Shown here: piece after piece, positions 61,374 to 64,000 of the stretch | How the letters are laid out: each line of letters opens with the position of its first letter | Position numbering within the stretch: position 1 is the first letter of the stretch | Assembly: GCA_040768745.1 (NCBI GenBank) | Contig: JAXGMI010000001.1 | Coordinates: forward strand, 704,001 to 768,000 | Source: Desulfomicrobium sp. | GTDB taxonomy: Bacteria; Desulfobacterota; Desulfovibrionia; Desulfovibrionales; Desulfomicrobiaceae | Length of the DNA: 64,000 nucleotides | Direction of reading: 5' to 3' | The notes under the pieces: generated by a model | Databases searched by the model: none | What the model was told of the DNA's origin: nothing | The model's input: the letters and a program-made list of their open reading frames with translations, nothing else | Position numbers and translations under genes: made by a program

Positions 61374-62294
61374 TTACATCTCCAGCTTGGGATGATTTGA
61401 TCGGATGACACCGTTGACCTTGGTGATGGTCCTGTCGGCACGGATGACCTCTCCATCTTCTCCGTAGACGATATCTTCATCCACGAGGGCGCGCAGCGCA
61501 TGGCCAGGCCTGATGTCCAACTCCCCGTGCTGAAACTGCTTCAGCCAGCCTTCGTCGGCCATCTTTGCGCAAAAATTTTTCTTTTCGTGGCGGAATTCCC
61601 ACATGGAAGTCCCTAGAAAGTCTGGCTTTCTGACCATGAGAATCATATCCGTTGAGTTTCTGATCGTATTGCAAGCGAGCAGATCTTCAATCTGTTCCTG
61701 TGTGACCTGTGCAGAGGCATCAACGCTGGAATCACCGTCATCATTAGAAATGGTGATGCGTTCGTTTTCATGAAGAGGGGCTACGGCATCGCATATTTTG
61801 GCCATGCCCTTGGCGATGTCGGAAGCCGGGATTTGTTTGTATGCCGGGAATTTCAACGCGCCGCTGCTGGATGCAGTCTCAAATATCTTTGATGTAAGAT
61901 TTCTGAATTCTTCATGCGCTCCGAGTGACTTGTTATCGTCAAGATAGCGCAGGACGGAATGTTTGACTTTGACAAGATAAGTGCCAACAGCTTGTTTCCA
62001 ATCCAAACTGCGAATAGCATCATCAGGAGTGGCTTCGAGAATTTGCTTCACCCAGATCTTGAGAGACCCTTCTTCAATTTTTTCCAAAAGAAATACTGGC
62101 TGAATCTTTGAGTCTATTGCAGATACAAATATTGTATCCATCTCCTGAAGGGCACGGATGAAGTCTGCAGCAGCCTGAAATATCCGTTGCGGATTTTCAA
62201 TACCGGGTTTGAATGAAATTGTGATGCAATAGTCTGGCCTGGTTTCTTCAGGCCAATTTGCCCATCTTTCTTCGTCTGTCATTGTGGCGCCCAT
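61374..62294 (-). CDS. AT-rich hypothetical prophage accessory protein (~300 aa; start 62294 or 62282)
   Basis: Long ORF co-oriented with and downstream of the repressor; composition unlike host genes. Confidence 0.8.
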   Translation of the reverse strand: MGATMTDEERWANWPEETRPDYCITISFKPGIENPQRIFQAAADFIRALQEMDTIFVSAIDSKIQPVFLLEKIEEGSLKIWVKQILEATPDDAIRSLDWKQAVGTYLVKVKHSVLRYLDDNKSLGAHEEFRNLTSKIFETASSSGALKFPAYKQIPASDIAKGMAKICDAVAPLHENERITISNDDGDSSVDASAQVTQEQIEDLLACNTIRNSTDMILMVRKPDFLGTSMWEFRHEKKNFCAKMADEGWLKQFQHGELDIRPGHALRALVDEDIVYGEDGEVIRADRTITKVNGVIRSNHPKLEM

Positions 62295-62395
62295 AATTAA
62301 GGACCATGGAACAAGTTCCGTGGCCCTTATCACATCATGCTCAGATTCCGCAACCAATTAGGATGTATGACACCGAGCATCTGCCGAACGGCGGA

Positions 62396-63250
62396 TCAGT
62401 CCAGTTCCCTGCCTACCCAGACGGCCTTGCCGATGATGCGGATCCCGTTGGTCAGATCTCCGCGTGCGTCGATTTCTAGCGGGGCGTAGGCTTGGTTGGC
62501 GCTGGTGAGGATGAGCTTGCCGGGTTCGGCGTCTACCTTCTTCAGGTAGACCAGGTCTTCTACAGCGATGGCGTAGATGCGGCCTGGGCGCGGGGTGACG
62601 TTGGAGGTGTCGACGAGGACGATGTCGTTGTCTTTGATCTCCGGCTCCATGCTGTCGCCGGCGACTCGCATGAGGACCATGGCCGAGGCGTTGCCCTTGC
62701 GGCGCAAGAAATCTGTTCTGAAGGCATAGCGCCTGTCCGAGTCGGCACTGGTCTCCCATGATCCGCCACCAGCCGACAGCCGCGCCTCGACCATTGGCAC
62801 CATGGTGATCTCGCAGTCGTGGCAGACGAGGGTTTCCCTTCCATTATATATGGACGGGATGTTGAGTTTTGACTCTGCATAGCAGGCCTTCTCTCTGGCG
62901 GCCTCCATGTCATCATTCGGCAATGCCCCTCTTTTGATAAAAGCAGCCCCTTCCCGCTTCATCTCCCCTTCACCGGTCAAGAGCCAATCAGCGGAAACGC
63001 CTTTTGATAACGCCACCTCTGTTATCCACGCGGGTGGGATGGTCTGTTTTTGCTTCGCGCTTGAAACAGCCCCCTGCCTGAAGCCCATACTCCGGGCGAA
63101 ATCCGTGTCGGTCTCAACGTCAAATACCTGCTTCAAGCGCCCAAGGATCTCGTCAAATTTGTTTGGAAGTTTGAGGCCGGAACTTCCAAAAGGATCTTCC
63201 AAACAGGAAGCCTTTTGGAAGTTGGGGGAATTGTTTTTATCATCAGACAT
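62396..63250 (-). CDS. Phage CI-like repressor (HTH plus S24 peptidase)
   Basis: HTH region ending GVSADWLLTGEGEM, Ala-Gly site (LSAGGG), VAGDSMEP Ser motif and YLKKV Lys motif. Confidence 0.92.
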   Translation of the reverse strand: MSDDKNNSPNFQKASCLEDPFGSSGLKLPNKFDEILGRLKQVFDVETDTDFARSMGFRQGAVSSAKQKQTIPPAWITEVALSKGVSADWLLTGEGEMKREGAAFIKRGALPNDDMEAAREKACYAESKLNIPSIYNGRETLVCHDCEITMVPMVEARLSAGGGSWETSADSDRRYAFRTDFLRRKGNASAMVLMRVAGDSMEPEIKDNDIVLVDTSNVTPRPGRIYAIAVEDLVYLKKVDAEPGKLILTSANQAYAPLEIDARGDLTNGIRIIGKAVWVGRELD

Positions 63251-63296
63251 TTAACGGCTCTTTTGTTTCCATGCTCGCCAAATCAAACTTCCAAAC
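63161..63296. promoter_or_regulatory. Cluster of five (A)ACTTCCAAA-type operator-like repeats
   Basis: Copies at 63161(-), 63181(+), 63194(+, atcttccaaa), 63214(-) and 63285(+), just upstream of TTGACA at 63307. Confidence 0.65.
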
Positions 63297-63403
63297 AAAA
63301 AAAATGTTGACAATTTAAAAGTAACGCATTTAAACGGATCTCGTGATGGGCAACAAATATGCTCAAACAAGTTGATTAATAAACCAACGAAATTGGACCC
63401 GCA

Positions 63404-63853
63404 ATGACAAAACGACGCACGACCTCGGACACCGCCCCCCGTCAGCTCCTTCTCCCGCTCCATTCCGGCGGCACAAACGGCATTCGTGCCGGACGGTTGT
63501 GCCGGAAAGAAGCCGTGCGCGAGGCGCTGACAGAGGCCCTGGCCGCCTGCCAACTCTCCCGCGAGGAGGTGGCCCAGGAGATGACCAGGCTGACCGGCGA
63601 GGCCGTGTCCGTGAACCACATCAACAACTGGTGCTCCGAGGCAAAACGCGAGTGGCGGTTCCCGCTGGAACTGGCCACGGCGTTCTGCATGATCACGGGC
63701 GATTACGGCCTGATTTCGGCCATCCTGGATGGCACGGGCCACGGCCTGGCCGACGAGGAAACCAGGGTGCTGGCCGAGTACGGCCAGATCCTGGTGGAGG
63801 AACGCAAGCGCGCCAGCAAGAAGCGTGAGCTGCTGGAGAGACTGGGGGCATGA
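63404..63853 (+). CDS. Phage early regulatory protein (HTH; type recalled from Mu-like phages)
   Basis: SREEVAQEMTRLTGEAVSVNHINNWCSEAK...RFPL; first gene divergent from the repressor. Confidence 0.7.
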   Translation: MTKRRTTSDTAPRQLLLPLHSGGTNGIRAGRLCRKEAVREALTEALAACQLSREEVAQEMTRLTGEAVSVNHINNWCSEAKREWRFPLELATAFCMITGDYGLISAILDGTGHGLADEETRVLAEYGQILVEERKRASKKRELLERLGA

Positions 63854-64000
63854 TGAACGAAAAGAACGTACGCAAGGTCAAGGCATGGCTGGTCCTGCAG
63901 GGGATCACGCAGGCGAAGATAGCGGAAGAGCTGGGCGTGGCCAGGGCGACGATCCACAACTGGATCGCCGGCCGGGTGCAGTCCCAGAGAATCTACAACT
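63850..64000 (+). CDS. Ner/Cro-like HTH protein, truncated by the window edge
   Basis: Translated by hand: MMNEKNVRKVKAWLVLQGITQAKIAEELGVARATIHNWIAGRVQSQRIYN; ATGA overlap with the previous gene. Confidence 0.75.
   Translation, partial: MMNEKNVRKVKAWLVLQGITQAKIAEELGVARATIHNWIAGRVQSQRIYN

Larger units (their letters stand above)
61116..64000. mobile_element. Left end of a probable Mu-like (transposable) prophage, continuing beyond the window
   Basis: TG terminus, three GCG-N5-TTTGGCRC repeats, leftward CI/S24 repressor, divergent phage-type HTH genes and no integrase at this end. Confidence 0.7.

Overview
GC-rich chromosomal segment of a sulfate-reducing bacterium. A canonical dsrC and the gene content point to Desulfovibrionales, possibly Desulfomicrobium-like (inference). 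Most of it is housekeeping: glmS, rdgB, thiF/moaD/mobB, hisS-aspS-def-fmt-DUF116-rsmB, pyrKD, recN, nfo, cls, dsrC, malQ-glgB, mqnE, rpsA, rimO, ihfA, rlpA, aor, a ClC channel, ribF, tRNA-Ala(GGC) and tRNA-Leu(CAG). Four IS copies are present. Two IS1182-family copies sit at palindromes: one truncates a sigma54 activator gene and the other duplicated the tRNA-Ala terminator (27-29 bp). An IS3-family element splits a HIT gene. An IS1595-family element lies between the putative ZraR enhancer and the sigma54 promoter of zraP. The last ~2.9 kb is the left end of a probable Mu-like transposable prophage, with a TG terminus, three end repeats, an operator cluster, a CI-like repressor and an AT-rich orphan gene behind the repressor. 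That orphan gene is the best candidate for an undescribed prophage-borne defence or exclusion function. Also notable: a pair of tiny Cys-rich genes directly upstream of dsrC, an unannotated 47-aa membrane protein, a multi-stem leader before a PAS protein, an NdvA-like glucan exporter and a ubiquitin-like hypothetical protein divergent from aor. No CRISPR array or rRNA was seen. All assignments come from reading motifs by eye; no searches were run.
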